Assembly: GCF_011386835.1 (NCBI RefSeq)
Contig: NC_088795.1
Coordinates: 91,140,001 to 91,204,000, forward strand
Origin: Chrysemys picta bellii
Lineage: Eukaryota
DNA length: 64,000 bases
Direction of reading: 5' to 3'
Position numbers and translations under genes: made by a program. Of this stretch, positions 25,701 to 36,112 are shown in pieces; positions within the stretch are counted from its first letter, which is position 1; every line of letters begins with the position of its first letter. A model generated the notes under the pieces. It was not told where the DNA came from. It did no database searches and saw only the letters and a program-made list of their open reading frames with translations.

Positions 25701-28700
25701 CAGGTGTGCTTCCTTATTAACTAGGGTTGACTGTCTCCAGACTCTAGCCCTTAAAGGGCCAAGCCACCCTGTTACAACATGCATAAATCTGTGCTTTCTT
25801 TCTCATACAATTTTTCACAAACTAGGTATAACCCATCCAATAACAAAGTTATGGAATAGTTTCATATTGTTCTTGAAATCCTGATAATATTAGAAAATCC
25901 CATATATGCCCTCTGCTATGAGCTATTCATTGACTGTGATTTGAGGTGGGTTTATTGTTGGTTCGAGATGATTAGTAGAGGAATAAAAAGATGCTGTCAA
26001 CTTAAAAATGTTTGAAAACAAGTATCTTTACTTACTAACACCACCTTTCAAATTATTACAGTTCTGAAATTCCCATTTCCCTTTCACTATTTGTATTCTT
26101 TATTTATTTCTGACATATATCATAACTTGAACAAAGATACACCCCATGTAATCACTTGTACCTGCATGTTCACAGTGCTGCAATATTTCGGTTTCAGACA
26201 TCGCAGGGAGTCTTTAAGCAAGTAAATGCTATTATCCCCTTGAAATATTAAAATAAATGTAGACACATTTCTGTTGGCCTTGTGTTATATAAAAGTGTGT
26301 TTTAACAAAATGTACTGTTGTGCCATCTTGGAATTGACAGTTTTTCTTAAATAATTTAGTTATATCTAGTGTGAGACAAGTTCTGTTGGATAATTGTGGT
26401 ATGCTTTTAAATCTTAGTCCTTAAACGCCCAATCTGTTGGACAACCATTAGCACAGCCAATGATGTCTCAACCTGCAACTTTGCAGATCCAGCCAGGCAT
26501 GTCCCAGGTATGGATTAGTTTTGTATATTTATTGACTGGCTCTTTCAGCAAATAACCCCATTTAGGAATAGGGCATTAAGGACTTTCTCATTAACTGAAC
26601 TGTGTGATGGAAGTTTATTTTATGCAAAGTCATCTTTACTTGCATTCTCTCTTGTGCCTAATTAAGGTAAACTTCTTCTTAAATGTCCACATGACATAAA
26701 TTGTCACTGTTAAGTTAAAATCCGTTTTAAAAATCCGGACGTAAGTATAAAATCAGATTAATATTGAATTCATGCTCTGGCGGGAAGGAGGGGAGATGCA
26801 CAATGTACTGGCATGGCAATGGGGATCTGTAGTAGCCTATATGGCTTTTGTCCTGGTTAGCTAAGAGACTGTATCCTCCATGCCCTGTCCTGACAGTTGA
26901 AGTAAGCTTATGCTGACGGTCCCTAGAGATATACAGCTGAGTTTTTGTGTCTTCAGGCCACATTGTAAACCCATCTAATTGCTCAGCTTTTTGCTTAGAG
27001 GCTGACCTGGGTGCAGGGCAGTTGTGTGTTTGTGTGTGTCTTTTGTTTGTTTGGGTTATTTTGTTGAGAGTTCTCTAAACATTAAATGTATGTGTCAATC
27101 TCAGAACTTTTCACAACTAAATAATTGTGCCTACAGCAGTGCTCCCCAAACTGTCAGATGTGCCCCCTCCTGGGGGGCAAGGGCGGAGAAACGTTTTGGG
27201 GGGGCGTGTGGTAGGGCCCTGCACGGGGTGGTGGGGGTGGGGCACCACCCAGCCCTGTTCTGCCCCCAGACCAGCTTCAATCCCAGCCACAGCTCCACTC
27301 TGCTTCCCGCTCTGCCCTCTGCTTCATCCCCAGCCCAGCTCCGGCCCCAGCTGCAACTCCACTCCGCCTCCTGCCTTGCCCCCAGCCCAGCTTCAACCTT
27401 AGCCACAGCTCCGCTCTGCCCCCAGTTCTAGCCCCAGACGCGCCATGCTCTGCCCCCAGCTCTGCTCTGCCCTCCCCTCATTCCATCTCCGCCCCCCAGG
27501 CCAGCTCCCCTCAAGCTCCAGCTCCTCCCCTATCCTCAGTTATGCCCCAGCTCCACCTTCAGGCCAGCCTCCTCTGGTGAGCCAATTGTGCAGTAATGGA
27601 GGGGGCACAGACAGGTTCCATTGGTGGTAAGGGGGGGTGCGAGAGGAAAAGTTTGGGCACCACTGACCTAGAGACTGTGAGAAACATCATGCTGTAGCAT
27701 GTTACTAGATAGGGCTTGGTTACCATTGCTACTATGATGGGATGATTTACCTTTTGTAGGTCAAGTTTGTCTGTTTCTGATTCAAACTCTTTTAACCTAT
27801 ACATGGCTCTGCAGCCTATGTTCCAGTTCTCAGCCCAATTGGGAGCCATGCAGCACCTAAAGGACCAGTTGGAGCAAAGAACACGAATGATAGAGGCAAA
27901 TATTCATCGGCAGCAAGAAGAGTTGCGTAAGATTCAAGAACAGCTTCAAATGGTCCATGGTCAAGGGCTTCAGGTGAGTTACAGTTGGATTAACACTGAC
28001 TTCTTAGTAGGGACTTAAATGACTTTCTGTGTGCTGAACTGCACCAATCTAGTCAAAATGGATGATATTGGTAAAGCCCTGCCTTATAGATTGTTGCTAC
28101 AGACAGTCAATTTCCGGGGAAGAAATTATGTATAGTATTTGGATCTGTCAGTTATAAGATTATTTTCCCATCATTGACTTCATTTCACTAAACTGCTGGA
28201 GATACTGGAAAGAGAAACGCAGTTTCTAGTTAATGTTGTCTTTTTCAAAATTTTGTACAAGTTGTCTTTGTGCTTCTGTTTAAATGCAAACCTTAAACTA
28301 AATATGTAGGGATCTAATTCTCTTCACACCAGAGTAACACTACTGTATCTCTGTTAAATATTGAATGGCGTTATTACAGAACGAAAGAGATTTTAATCGT
28401 GCATTATCCATTGCTTATAGTACATCCATAAAGCCTCTGACACCTACAATTAAACAATATTTCTGTCTTTAATTGTTTTTCAAAGGTATTGTATTAAGAA
28501 TTTTTAGTAATACTTTAAACAATCAATAGTTTGTTTTAAAAAAACTAATTTGTGGATTTTTTTAAAGATGTTTTTGCAGCAATCAACTCCTGGATTAAAC
28601 TTTGGTTCTGTGCAGCTTACTTCTGGGAACTCTTCTAACATTCAGCAGCTTACATCAATAAACATGCAAGGTCAAGTTGTTCAGGCTAATCAAATTCAAG

Positions 28701-31700
28701 GCGGAATGAACACTGGGCATATTAGTACTCAGCACATGATACAGCAACAGCCTTTGCAGAGTACAGCAACACAGGTAAAGTTTGTCATAAGTACCTATGC
28801 TAGGTAGTATAATCACACGGTACCAAAATTGAAACCCATTATGGGCCTGCCTGATCCTGCAGTGATTCTATATAGAGAATTTCCATTGAAGTCAATGTAA
28901 ATTTGAATGTGCAAGAAACACAGGTTCATGCCCTAAATGTTTAGGGTTGAAATAGATTTTGTTTTCTCTTTCAGGAAAAGGCTTAGATTTTATAGTCTTC
29001 TCTTGATAGAAGAATTATCAAGTGTAAATGATGAGCAGTGAATAACAAGTAGTTCTTGTGGAAGGACCCAGCTGTGACGGGTTGGATCACAGAAACCCCC
29101 TTGGGAGCTGCCTCCCAATGTGCCAAGACTACTTCTACCCCTGCTTACCCTGCCAACTCGGGACCCCAGCACCGTCTTGCTGAGCCAGACACTCCCATCT
29201 ACTCCAACACAGACCCAGGGTCTGAATTACTTGCCCCACTGCCAATGGGGTCTAAACCCAAATAAATCCATTTTACCCTGTATAAAGCTTATACAGGGTA
29301 ATCTCATAAATTGTTCACCCTCTATAACACTGATAGAGAGATATGCACAGTTGTTTGCTCCCCCAGGTATTAATACATACTGAGTTAATTAATAAGTAAA
29401 GTGATTTTATTAAATACAGAAAGTAGGATTGAAGTGGTTCCAAGTAGTAACAGACAGAACAAAGTAAGTCACCAAGCAAAATAAAATAAAATGCGCAATT
29501 CTGTGTCTAATCAAACTGAATACAGATAAGATCCTCACCAGTTCCAGAATGCTCCCTTTTACAGACTAATCTCCTTTTGCCTGGGTCCAGCAATCACTCA
29601 CATCCCTTGCAGTCACTGCCCTTTGTTCCAGTTTCTTCCAAGTATCCTGGGGAGAAGGGGGGGGGAGAGGAGAATATCCCTAGTTCTTTATTCCTACCAC
29701 CCTCGAAAGCCTTTTGTCATGGTGACCTATGTTGCCTTCAGTCCCAATAAAGTGCCTTCATAGAGCTCACTAAAGCTGATTGGACGTGCTCTCTGTCTTC
29801 CCCTCACCCCAATACTTCCAGGGACTGAGCATGCTTACACCTGCAGTTCTGCCTGGCCCATCATTCCACCTTCTTGTGCAGTTCTTCTAATTTTATAAGA
29901 GTTTTGGAAGAGGAGCATGGGACTGGGAGTGAGAAACTCCTGGATCCTAATCCTGGCACTAACACTTACTCACTGCATGGTCTGGGACAAATAATTTAAC
30001 CTTTGTTTGCTCATCTGTAAAAACTGGGATAATATATATTTACATAACTCACAAAGATGTTGTAGGACTGGATTAATTATTTTGTACCGTGTTTTGAGAG
30101 TATAAATCATATATAAGAACATTTAGTATTAGCAATAATTAACTATTAGTGTACAGCATTGTTATTTATGCCCGCAAAGCAAGCTGTGCCTTCTCTGTGT
30201 TTGAAAGGGGAGTTTATTTTTACAGCTGCATTCAATTAATTTATTACATATTTTTCTTTCTTAGCATACTCAGCAAAATATACTTAGTGGGCACAATCAA
30301 CAGACTTCTCTTACCAGTCAGTCACAGAATACACTTTCAGCCCCCTTATATAACACTATGGTGATTTCCCAGCCAACGACAGGAAATGTGGTCCAGATTC
30401 CATCTAGTTTACCACAAAACAACAACCAGAGTGCTGCAGTAACTACTTTCACCCAGGACAGACAGATCAGGTAAATATAAAGGAGCAATATTCATTCAGA
30501 TGATTTTGCTAGAGCTTTCTGTGCTTTAGTAGTCACCAGATCTTATGGAAAAGGAGACAAAAGTTAAACCAAAAATTTCATGCAGTTTTACTTAGTGTAG
30601 GCATGTGCACGTGTTGTAGTCTGAGGACCAAACTTGTGAAGAGATACTCCTGTAATTCCATTAAAACTCATGGTGTTGAGGCACTGGTGGAGGGGTGGGC
30701 CTTTGAGGGCAATATGTAGCCCATTGTACTTGAATTTGTTTAGTTTGTATTAAGCAAAGGAAAAATTGGTTTGTCTTGAATGGCCCAGTCAGTGATAAAC
30801 TGGCACTTACCTAATCAGATTGATATAGGAAAGTTCATCCAGTGTATCTGAAGCAGAATTTTTTTTTCCAAACTAAGCTGATAGGACCTTCTGATGTCTT
30901 TTTTCCTTTGACAGATTTTCTCAAGGTCAGCAGCTTGTCACAAAATTAGTCACCGCCCCTGTAGCATGTGGAGCGGTAATGGTCCCAAGCACTATGTTTA
31001 TGGGGCAGGTGGTGACTGCCTACCCCACTTTTGCTGCACAACAGCAGCAGCCACAGACATTATCAATAACGCAGCAGCAGCAGCAGAGTCAGCAAGAGCA
31101 GCAACAGCAGCTCAGTACGGTTCAGCAATCGGCTCAAGCTCAGCTGACGCAGCACCCGCAGCAGTTCTTACAGGTAATGCAGCGCTGTCTCGAAATCTGT
31201 CAGATTGCACAAACTTTCAGATAGTGACGTAAACCAGTTCAGTATATACTGCAAATTTGATGACTGAGAATGTTATTTAAATAAGCAACCTTGTTAATCT
31301 CAGACAAGCGATGTGCATGGGAGGAGGTTCTTTCATCAACCTTATTTAAAGTCTCTTGCAATCTTTATTGTCAAGTTCACAAATAAGAACTGCACTTAAA
31401 TAAATCTGTTTCCCAGCCTATGGGCATTAGAGTACACTAGGAGTGGGACATGAAGAGAAACAATGGGGACAGGAATAATTGTCACACTGGGTCCACCTCA
31501 TCTCACCATAAACATGCATGCGTGCGTCTAAGTAAAGGGGCAGGCATCTCTTTGTAAACCTCTCACTTTCCCTCCAGTTGCCATGGTGGCCCACAATGCA
31601 ACAAGGTGTGAGCTGACTCAGGAGGCAGCATGCCAGCCTAAGGCCTGGTCTATACTACCCGCCTGAATCGGCGGGTAGAAATCGACCTCTCGGGAATCGA

Positions 31701-33035
31701 TTTATCGCGTCCCGTGGAGACGTGACAATCGATCCCCGAATCGGCGCTCTAACTCCACCAGCGGAGGTGGTAGTAAGCGCCGCCGACAAAAAGCGGCAGA
31801 AGTCGATTTTGCCGCCGTCTTCACAACGGGGTAATTCGGCTGTAATACGTCGAATTCAGCTACGCTATTCACGTTGCTGAATTTGCGTATCTTAAACCGA
31901 CTCCCCGCTGTAGTGTAGATGTACCCTAAGTGTCTTTTCTCTGCTTCTGTGTAGCTGCAGGAGCACATGCTGCCTGGACCTCAGGGAGATCCCAGTGGAT
32001 GTCTGAGCAGCAATAGCCGTCCCATGAGTAAGGAGAGAAGAAGCCACCATGCGGGAGAGGAGAGATTGGATCAGAAAGAAAAGAGAGGGTGCAGGGAAGG
32101 AGGAACAGATTGAGAATAACAAAAGAGCAAAAAAGAAAATACGTACTAAAAATAAGAAATCAAAAAAAGACTGAAGAGGGGGAAAGAGGAGGTAGAATGG
32201 ACTAGTGAAAGGAGAGGCAGCAGTGACCTTGCAAAACTAGTGTACTGGAATGTGTCTCACAGGAAGGCCTAGGGAAGGGGGCATGTCAGTTGCCAGCCCA
32301 TTAGAGGGGCAATCTGCTACAACAAAAACTTTGGGAACCACTGAAGTAGAGACACAGTCAACCTATTTGGACCTGAAATTTTGCCTTCTTTTAAAGGAAG
32401 ATAATCCCTTACAGCATCCCTAACTAGTTTTTGTATATATGTGTGGGCATTCTGTTAAAAGAATGTTAAAATTGCAAATCAGATTCTTGAAATGTCGAAG
32501 TTCAAGTTGGCTGCTCAACCTTAACTATACTCAGATCATTAGGGGTCTGTGCTCTTATAAAGCCTTTAATTACAATTGCTGTGTCTCTCTGCCTCTAACT
32601 ATTGCCATAGTTCTCCTAGCCATTGACATCACAAACAGAGATCCAATAAGTTGCTTTACAGTTAGTCAGATGCTGAAAATATTAATACTCTGTAATTAGC
32701 TATTTTGTTCTGAATGAATCTTCACTTTGTGCAATCGTAAGTGAAAGTAGTCATGGTCCTATTGATGTTTAACCTCATGTGAGAGTTTTAAAATATAACC
32801 AGACCTGCATTTTCATAGTGTGGGCAATAATCCTCTTTTATTTATTTCTTCTTAGACATCCAGGCTACTTCATGGAAATCAATCAACTCAGCTTATTCTC
32901 TCTGCTGCTTTCCCACTACAACAAAGCACTTTTACTCAATCACACCACCAGCAGCATCAATCTCAGCAGCAGCAGCAACTCTCACGACATAGAACTGACA
33001 ACATGATTGATCCTTCCAAAGTTCAGCCACAGTAG
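1658..33035 (+). CDS. CLOCK: CLOCK (bHLH-PAS circadian transcription factor), 16 spliced coding exons from PAS-A to the stop; 5' exons lie upstream of the window
   Basis: Exons 1658-1747, 8741-8861, 18592-18705, 20469-20587, 21128-21210, 21426-21532, 22043-22190, 22433-22508, 23471-23612, 24065-24165, 26418-26507, 27815-27973, 28568-28774, 30265-30470, 30915-31173, 32856-33035. All have AG/GT boundaries with matching phases and translate to recognisable CLOCK ending in ...DPSKVQPQ*. Confidence 0.98.
2667..2757 (+). mobile_element. PLE terminal fragment (family 1) with decayed hammerhead motif
   Basis: aagaagagctctgtgaagcttgaaagcttgt...acagaagttggtcc...tcacctacctggtctc matches copies at 3846, 9464, 18395 and 44615. 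Confidence 0.7.
3812..4255 (-). mobile_element. PLE 3' fragment (family 1) with inverted 5' end, inserted in the DIRS
   Basis: Terminal repeat with mutated hammerhead (3901-3945, GAAA->AAAA); imperfect inverted duplication, about 4107-4168 vs 4180-4241. Confidence 0.7.
4552..4711 (-). mobile_element. Short PLE-derived insertion (family 2) with 12-bp TSD and 34-bp inverted repeat
   Basis: TSD AGAACTATTTAA at 4540-4551 and 4712-4723; perfect inverted repeat 4551-4584 / 4641-4674. Confidence 0.85.
4599..4639 (-). ncRNA. Minimal type I hammerhead ribozyme motif (PLE-type)
   Basis: - strand reads GCAU-CCGAAGA-A-GUGAG(GUUUUUA)CUCAC-GAAA-GC-UU-AUGC: 4-bp stem I, 5-bp stem II, palindromic AGCU stem III. 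Confidence 0.65.
8741..8861 (+). CDS. CLOCK: CLOCK exon ([40 protein letters not shown])
   Basis: tttcag|TCT...AAA T|gtaagt, 121 nt. Confidence 0.97.
9432..10704 (-). mobile_element. Penelope-like element, 3' part (RT C-terminus, GIY-YIG endonuclease, terminal repeat), decayed
   Basis: - strand remnants [19 protein letters not shown] and HVVYLIQC...FVGET; family-1 terminus at 9464-9570. Confidence 0.8.
10705..10777 (+). mobile_element. Family-2 PLE-derived short insertion, left half (right half at 17275-17301), split by the Harbinger
   Basis: Reads tctcTAA|Harbinger|TAAggtgccacaagtactcc; own TSD AT(C/T)GTTGAATCT at 10693-10704 / 17302-17313; hammerhead at 10714-10753 with G5->A. Confidence 0.85.
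11000..12702 (+). repeat. Diverged tandem duplication in the Harbinger 5' region (about 11000-11782 and 11787-12702)
   Basis: gaattctgggttgagatcccaatgcccggatgatgc at 11000 and 11787; both units end agatactactttc(g/a)cgcctttt; several indels. Confidence 0.9.
12735..14036 (+). CDS. Harbinger (HARBI1-like) DDE transposase, 433 aa, uninterrupted
   Basis: Motifs GAIDGTH (D 13380-82), ILGDPAYPL (D 13644-46), [16 protein letters not shown] (E 13752-54); AATAAA at 14169-14174. Confidence 0.93.
   Translation: MEPAQITAAIMSTMNTTRIVLEYMQSQDMPRRNPDQPRRQLQRGDESDEEIDMDIDLSQGTGPSNVEIMVSLGQVHAVERRFWARETSTDWWDRIVLQVWDDSQWLRNFRMRKGTSMEFCDLLSPALKRQDTKMRAALTVEKRVAIALWKLATPDSYRSVGNQFGVGKSTVGAAVIQFARAMKDLVIARVVTLGNVQSIVDGFAEMGFPNCGGAIDGTHIPILSPEHQATDYVNRKGYFSMLLQALVDHKGCFTNINVGWPGKVNDARVFRNSALFRKLEEGTFFPDQKVTVEDVEMPIVILGDPAYPLIPWLMKPYTGSLDRSQDLFNYRLSKCRMVVECAFGRLKARWRSLLTRSDLSEKNIPIVIAACCALHNICESKGETFMAGWEVEATRLAADYAQPDTRAVRGAQQGAVRIREALKTSFVTGQATV
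14301..16889 (-). CDS. Harbinger Myb/SANT-like DNA-binding partner; exons 16352-16889 and 14301-14803 (346 aa if spliced directly)
   Basis: [20 protein letters not shown]...[10 protein letters not shown] trihelix motif. Phase-1 donor TCT G|gtgagt joins in frame to acceptor catcag|CT GCA...[14 protein letters not shown], followed by a coiled-coil-like C-terminus. Confidence 0.85.
14734..16637. repeat. Near-identical 953-bp tandem duplication inside the Harbinger Myb gene
   Basis: 14734-15684 vs 15687-16637, period 953 at both ends; 3 substitutions seen by eye. Confidence 0.95.
17302..18495. mobile_element. Penelope-like element continuation: RT on - (17302 to about 17810) and inverted GIY-YIG/terminal piece on + (about 17880-18495)
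   Basis: [17 protein letters not shown]...[13 protein letters not shown] on -; family-1 terminus ccagacctgaagaag...ccaataaaagatattacttcacc on +. Confidence 0.75.
18592..18705 (+). CDS. CLOCK: CLOCK exon ([38 protein letters not shown])
   Basis: tttcag|CA AAA...AAT G|gtaaga, 114 nt. Confidence 0.97.
20148..20423. mobile_element. Harbinger MITE
   Basis: TAA TSD at 20145-47 / 20424-26; termini ggctatgtctacacta ... tagtatagccatagct. Confidence 0.8.
20469..20587 (+). CDS. CLOCK: CLOCK exon ([40 protein letters not shown])
   Basis: cttcag|TC CCC...AAG|gtacgt, 119 nt. Confidence 0.96.
21128..21210 (+). CDS. CLOCK: CLOCK exon (PAS-B: [28 protein letters not shown])
   Basis: ttttag|GAA...CAC AG|gtgcca, 83 nt. 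Confidence 0.97.
21426..21532 (+). CDS. CLOCK: CLOCK exon (PAS-B: [35 protein letters not shown])
   Basis: aattag|G GCA...CAC T|gtaagt, 107 nt. Confidence 0.97.
22043..22190 (+). CDS. CLOCK: CLOCK exon (PAS-B/PAC: [49 protein letters not shown])
   Basis: ttctag|TA ATG...GTA AG|gtaaca, 148 nt. Confidence 0.97.
22433..22508 (+). CDS. CLOCK: CLOCK exon ([26 protein letters not shown])
   Basis: ttatag|T TAT...AAA|gtgagc, 76 nt. Confidence 0.97.
23471..23612 (+). CDS. CLOCK: CLOCK exon ([47 protein letters not shown])
   Basis: cttcag|AAT...TCA T|gtaagt, 142 nt. Confidence 0.96.
24065..24165 (+). CDS. CLOCK: CLOCK exon ([34 protein letters not shown])
   Basis: cattag|CA ACG...CAG|gtaact, 101 nt. 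Confidence 0.93.
24412..25291. mobile_element. Non-autonomous hAT-like element
   Basis: TIRs tagggtcctaccaaattca / tgaatttgttagggcccta; 8-bp TSD catatag(t/g). Confidence 0.75.
26418..26507 (+). CDS. CLOCK: CLOCK exon ([30 protein letters not shown])
   Basis: tcttag|TCC...CAG|gtatgg, 90 nt. Confidence 0.93.
27137..27665. mobile_element. Non-autonomous hAT-like element
   Basis: TIRs cagtgctccccaaact / agtttgggcaccactg; imperfect 8-bp TSD gcctacag/acctagag; internal GC-rich short repeats. Confidence 0.65.
27815..27973 (+). CDS. CLOCK: CLOCK coiled-coil exon (orthologue of mouse exon 19): [53 protein letters not shown]
   Basis: ctgcag|CCT...CAG|gtgagt, 159 nt; an alternative in-frame acceptor lies 12 nt downstream. 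Confidence 0.93.
28568..28774 (+). CDS. CLOCK: CLOCK exon ([17 protein letters not shown]...[11 protein letters not shown])
   Basis: ttaaag|ATG...CAG|gtaaag, 207 nt. Confidence 0.95.
29073..29660 (+). mobile_element. Probable LTR fragment (solo or truncated)
   Basis: Abrupt start TGTGACGGG... with a compositional shift; no matching TSD or right TG..CA end found. Confidence 0.45.
29900..30090 (+). mobile_element. Old MIR/CORE-type SINE remnant
   Basis: ctcatctgtaaaaactgggataata core-like segment preceded by a tRNA-like head. Confidence 0.5.
30265..30470 (+). CDS. CLOCK: CLOCK exon ([13 protein letters not shown]...TTFTQDRQI)
   Basis: tcttag|CAT...ATC AG|gtaaat, 206 nt. Confidence 0.93.
30915..31173 (+). 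CDS. CLOCK: CLOCK Q-rich exon ([28 protein letters not shown]...QQFLQ)
   Basis: tgacag|A TTT...CAG|gtaatg, 259 nt. Confidence 0.96.
31642..31926. mobile_element. Harbinger MITE (285 bp) with termini like the full-length element
   Basis: TAA TSD at 31639-41 / 31927-29; GGCCTGGTCTATACTAC ... GTAGTGTAGATGTACCC; CpG-rich. Confidence 0.9.
32856..33035 (+). CDS. CLOCK: CLOCK last coding exon ([23 protein letters not shown]...DPSKVQPQ*)
   Basis: tcttag|ACA...CAG TAG, 180 nt. Confidence 0.97.
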   Translation, partial: TSRLLHGNQSTQLILSAAFPLQQSTFTQSHHQQHQSQQQQQLSRHRTDNMIDPSKVQPQ

Positions 33036-36000
33036 CACGGGGATTCACTTCTTCTAGAAGCAAACAGCAGGGAGGAGCTGCTCCATAAACAGTTGCACTG
33101 ATGATAGTAGAGGTAGAAGTCCAAAGGCTTTATAAAGTACAGTATTGAGGTCTACTTCTAACTTCTGGGAATCTGTTTGCAGAAGAAACTACTACAAAAT
33201 GTTGTGGAGGTACCTTAGATACAAACAGCAAAAAGATAACAGGGACATGGCCAACTTTGACAGTCTTTTAGTTGTCCCAATTTCTGTGTTCTAAAGGATG
33301 TGCTACCACGTAATAACTTGTCCAGATCAAGTCTCAAACCCTCAATGAACCAAAAAGGGTTCTAAAAATGTTGGTATCTTTAGCAGTCCTGTAAGTTTGT
33401 CAAATGTGACCATGGACACACAGTTGCTCACAATAATGCTACAAATACAGTCCAAAAGACATTTAATTTTTTTTTTCAGATGATTATGGGACAAGTAAAT
33501 ATTTTCAAAATGTTGTGTGGAATCAGATTCTGTATTGTACAGATGTAAAATAATGTGTATATGTCTGGATAAAAGGAGAGAGAGCAAAAATATTTTATAT
33601 GATGCATGAAAATGTAATCTTGTTGTTTGTAGGTTTGAATGTTTCCCTAAATTCTCACACCATGCGCCGACTAATATTTTCCTCTGTTCTACCCTTTTGT
33701 TTACAACATGATGCATCATAATTTTCACCCTTAATGTGGGCACAAGTCTCTTGTTTGTGCTTTGTCTGCGATGTCACAGTTTGTTCAGTGAGGTATAGTG
33801 TGCTGGTTAGTGGATTTTTTGGGGTTAAATTATTGATGAAACTGTTTGAACTGATGGTCACGCATCAGGATCCAAGACATTCAGATTTCAGAAATATCAT
33901 CCATCATTTCACAATTATTCATTGTTTTTTGATTGAAAAATAGGAATTTGCACTGCTTTATTGTGGATGGTTTGGAATTTTACTCCCCAAAGCTATCTTT
34001 TGATATAGATCATAGTTGGAAATATTTATGTAAAAGGTTTTAAAAAAACTACATGAAAGTAATTTTCAAGAATGTGTCAGTTATAGGAGTAATTTGCACA
34101 ACAATATATTTACACTTAATAACATTTTAGGCACTTTTTAACCACCTTCTCTGTGGTGAGAATTGTAACTTTTTAAAATATGTTGGAATCTTTTTATTGT
34201 CCTTTAAAAATTAGATCTTTCTTTAGTCAGAACTGATTCAGGGTCATTTTAAAACAAAAAAACAAGAAACCCATAGTGCCTTGATTTTAATTCAGGTGAT
34301 AACATTGAACATCTTGAATTATGTTGTCTTGAATCTGTTACGATTTTACAATTTTGAAGTCTTAGTACAATCTCAACAAAATGTGTTTCTACTTCAGAGC
34401 TATATCTTGTTTGTGTTCATATATTACAAGTATTTTAACAATCGTCTGAGTTGAGATCATGAGCATTTTTTAAAGGAGTGCCTCTCCCCTCAAACACTAA
34501 AATGGAAACAGGTATCTAATGATTTACCTGTAAAGTGTTCAGAGAATAAGAAGTAGCGCTCTTTAGTGGCTCCAAAACACAGATTAGTCATTTGGGGGGG
34601 GGGGGGGGATTAATCTGACACTTTTTAATCAGATCAAATCCAACTTTACTTTATTGATTGGAATTTAATGGAAAAATAAAGAGGGGATTAGGACTGCATG
34701 TTTAACACTCTGAGTATTGACTTAAAAAGGGATACCACTAAACTAAGACTTCAAAAGGCAACCTCACTTTATAAAGATAATAAAAAGTTCCAACAGAAAT
34801 GATTTCCTATTTTTAAATGTTCAGTAGATTTCTATGGTACTACTTTGTACAGATCACATCTGCAGAGCAAAATGAGCTAATACCAAGGTAGACTTGGTAG
34901 TTAAAAAAGAAAATTAATTAAAATTAACACTGAGGAGGGAAAGTTTTTAGTCAAGAAGCTGAATTAAGTCAGAGTATTAGGGAGGAGCTGTATGAATGTA
35001 ACCAAATTGTGGTGGAATATTAAATATTAGGAACAGTTTGATTGTATTATTGGGTGACCAGAGCTGACTGAAAGGTAGTGCTAAGTTAGTGAACACTAGA
35101 TGCAGTTACCTTTTGAGGCTTCTTCCTAAAATGAGCTTTGGCCTCTCCACTGTCATCTCATCAGATTAGCCCCTCACCTCCAAACCATAAAGCAACAGGT
35201 CAACAGTGGATCCTGGGAGAATCACAGTGGAAAAGGGAGGAGGGCATAAGAAGTAAAGAACCAAAGAGAACTGGGTTGGTTTCTGTTCCAGGAAGTCTCT
35301 TGCAACAAGGAGTAGGAACAGATACAAATATTAAACATATCCAGGAAACTTTCCATTTCTGTGCTCTTTAAAGGCATTTCTGTCATTCCCTGAACCAATA
35401 TAATTGTCAGAAACATATATTTTTTTTAAGTTTTAGAAAAGCAAAACTCCATTGACTTCCCCGCCCCCCCCCCCCCCCCCCCATATTGCCTTGCCTAATC
35501 CTGCCATACCATTCCACCTGTATCCAAAATTTAAGATGCATTGACCAGAGGTCCATTCCATAAAGACTTTTAGTGGGAAATAGACTTGTTAGGTAAAGGT
35601 TTTAACCTAATTACAATAATAAAATAGCACTAAAGAAGAAAATTGGGAGAGCTTTAATATTACTCTTAGAAATATAGTGTGGTGGTAAAACCAGCCGATA
35701 AACTGTAGCAGTTGCAGCTACAGTAAATGCAGAGCATAACCAGCAGACAGCTGAGAGAGTTTTATATATAAGCTTCATTCAAACCCCTTCTATCAACCAA
35801 AAAAATACTTTGGTGTGCTGTTGTAGGTCAGACAATAAAAAGGCAGCCTAACTTAGGTGTGAGAGGTTTTTATATAAACATAGCTATTGGAAGAGGACTA
35901 AGAGGAAAAAATCTGTCCTTTGATCAAGAAGCCTTCCATAAGCTCAGAGGGGAAAGTCATCCAAAAATGAAGCTACACTTTACCTGCTAGCTGATAAAGA

Positions 36001-36070
36001 GAAGAGGGGGAATTCTAAGAGACTGGAAAATTATTACATACATTTGAAAAGCTTCTGCCACAATTCCGGC

Positions 36071-36112
<42 letters not shown>

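Noticed and set aside
31174-31224. Alternative CLOCK C-terminus by read-through of the poly-Q exon
   Set aside because: Only 16 unremarkable codons follow a good GT donor, and the canonical last exon is intact.
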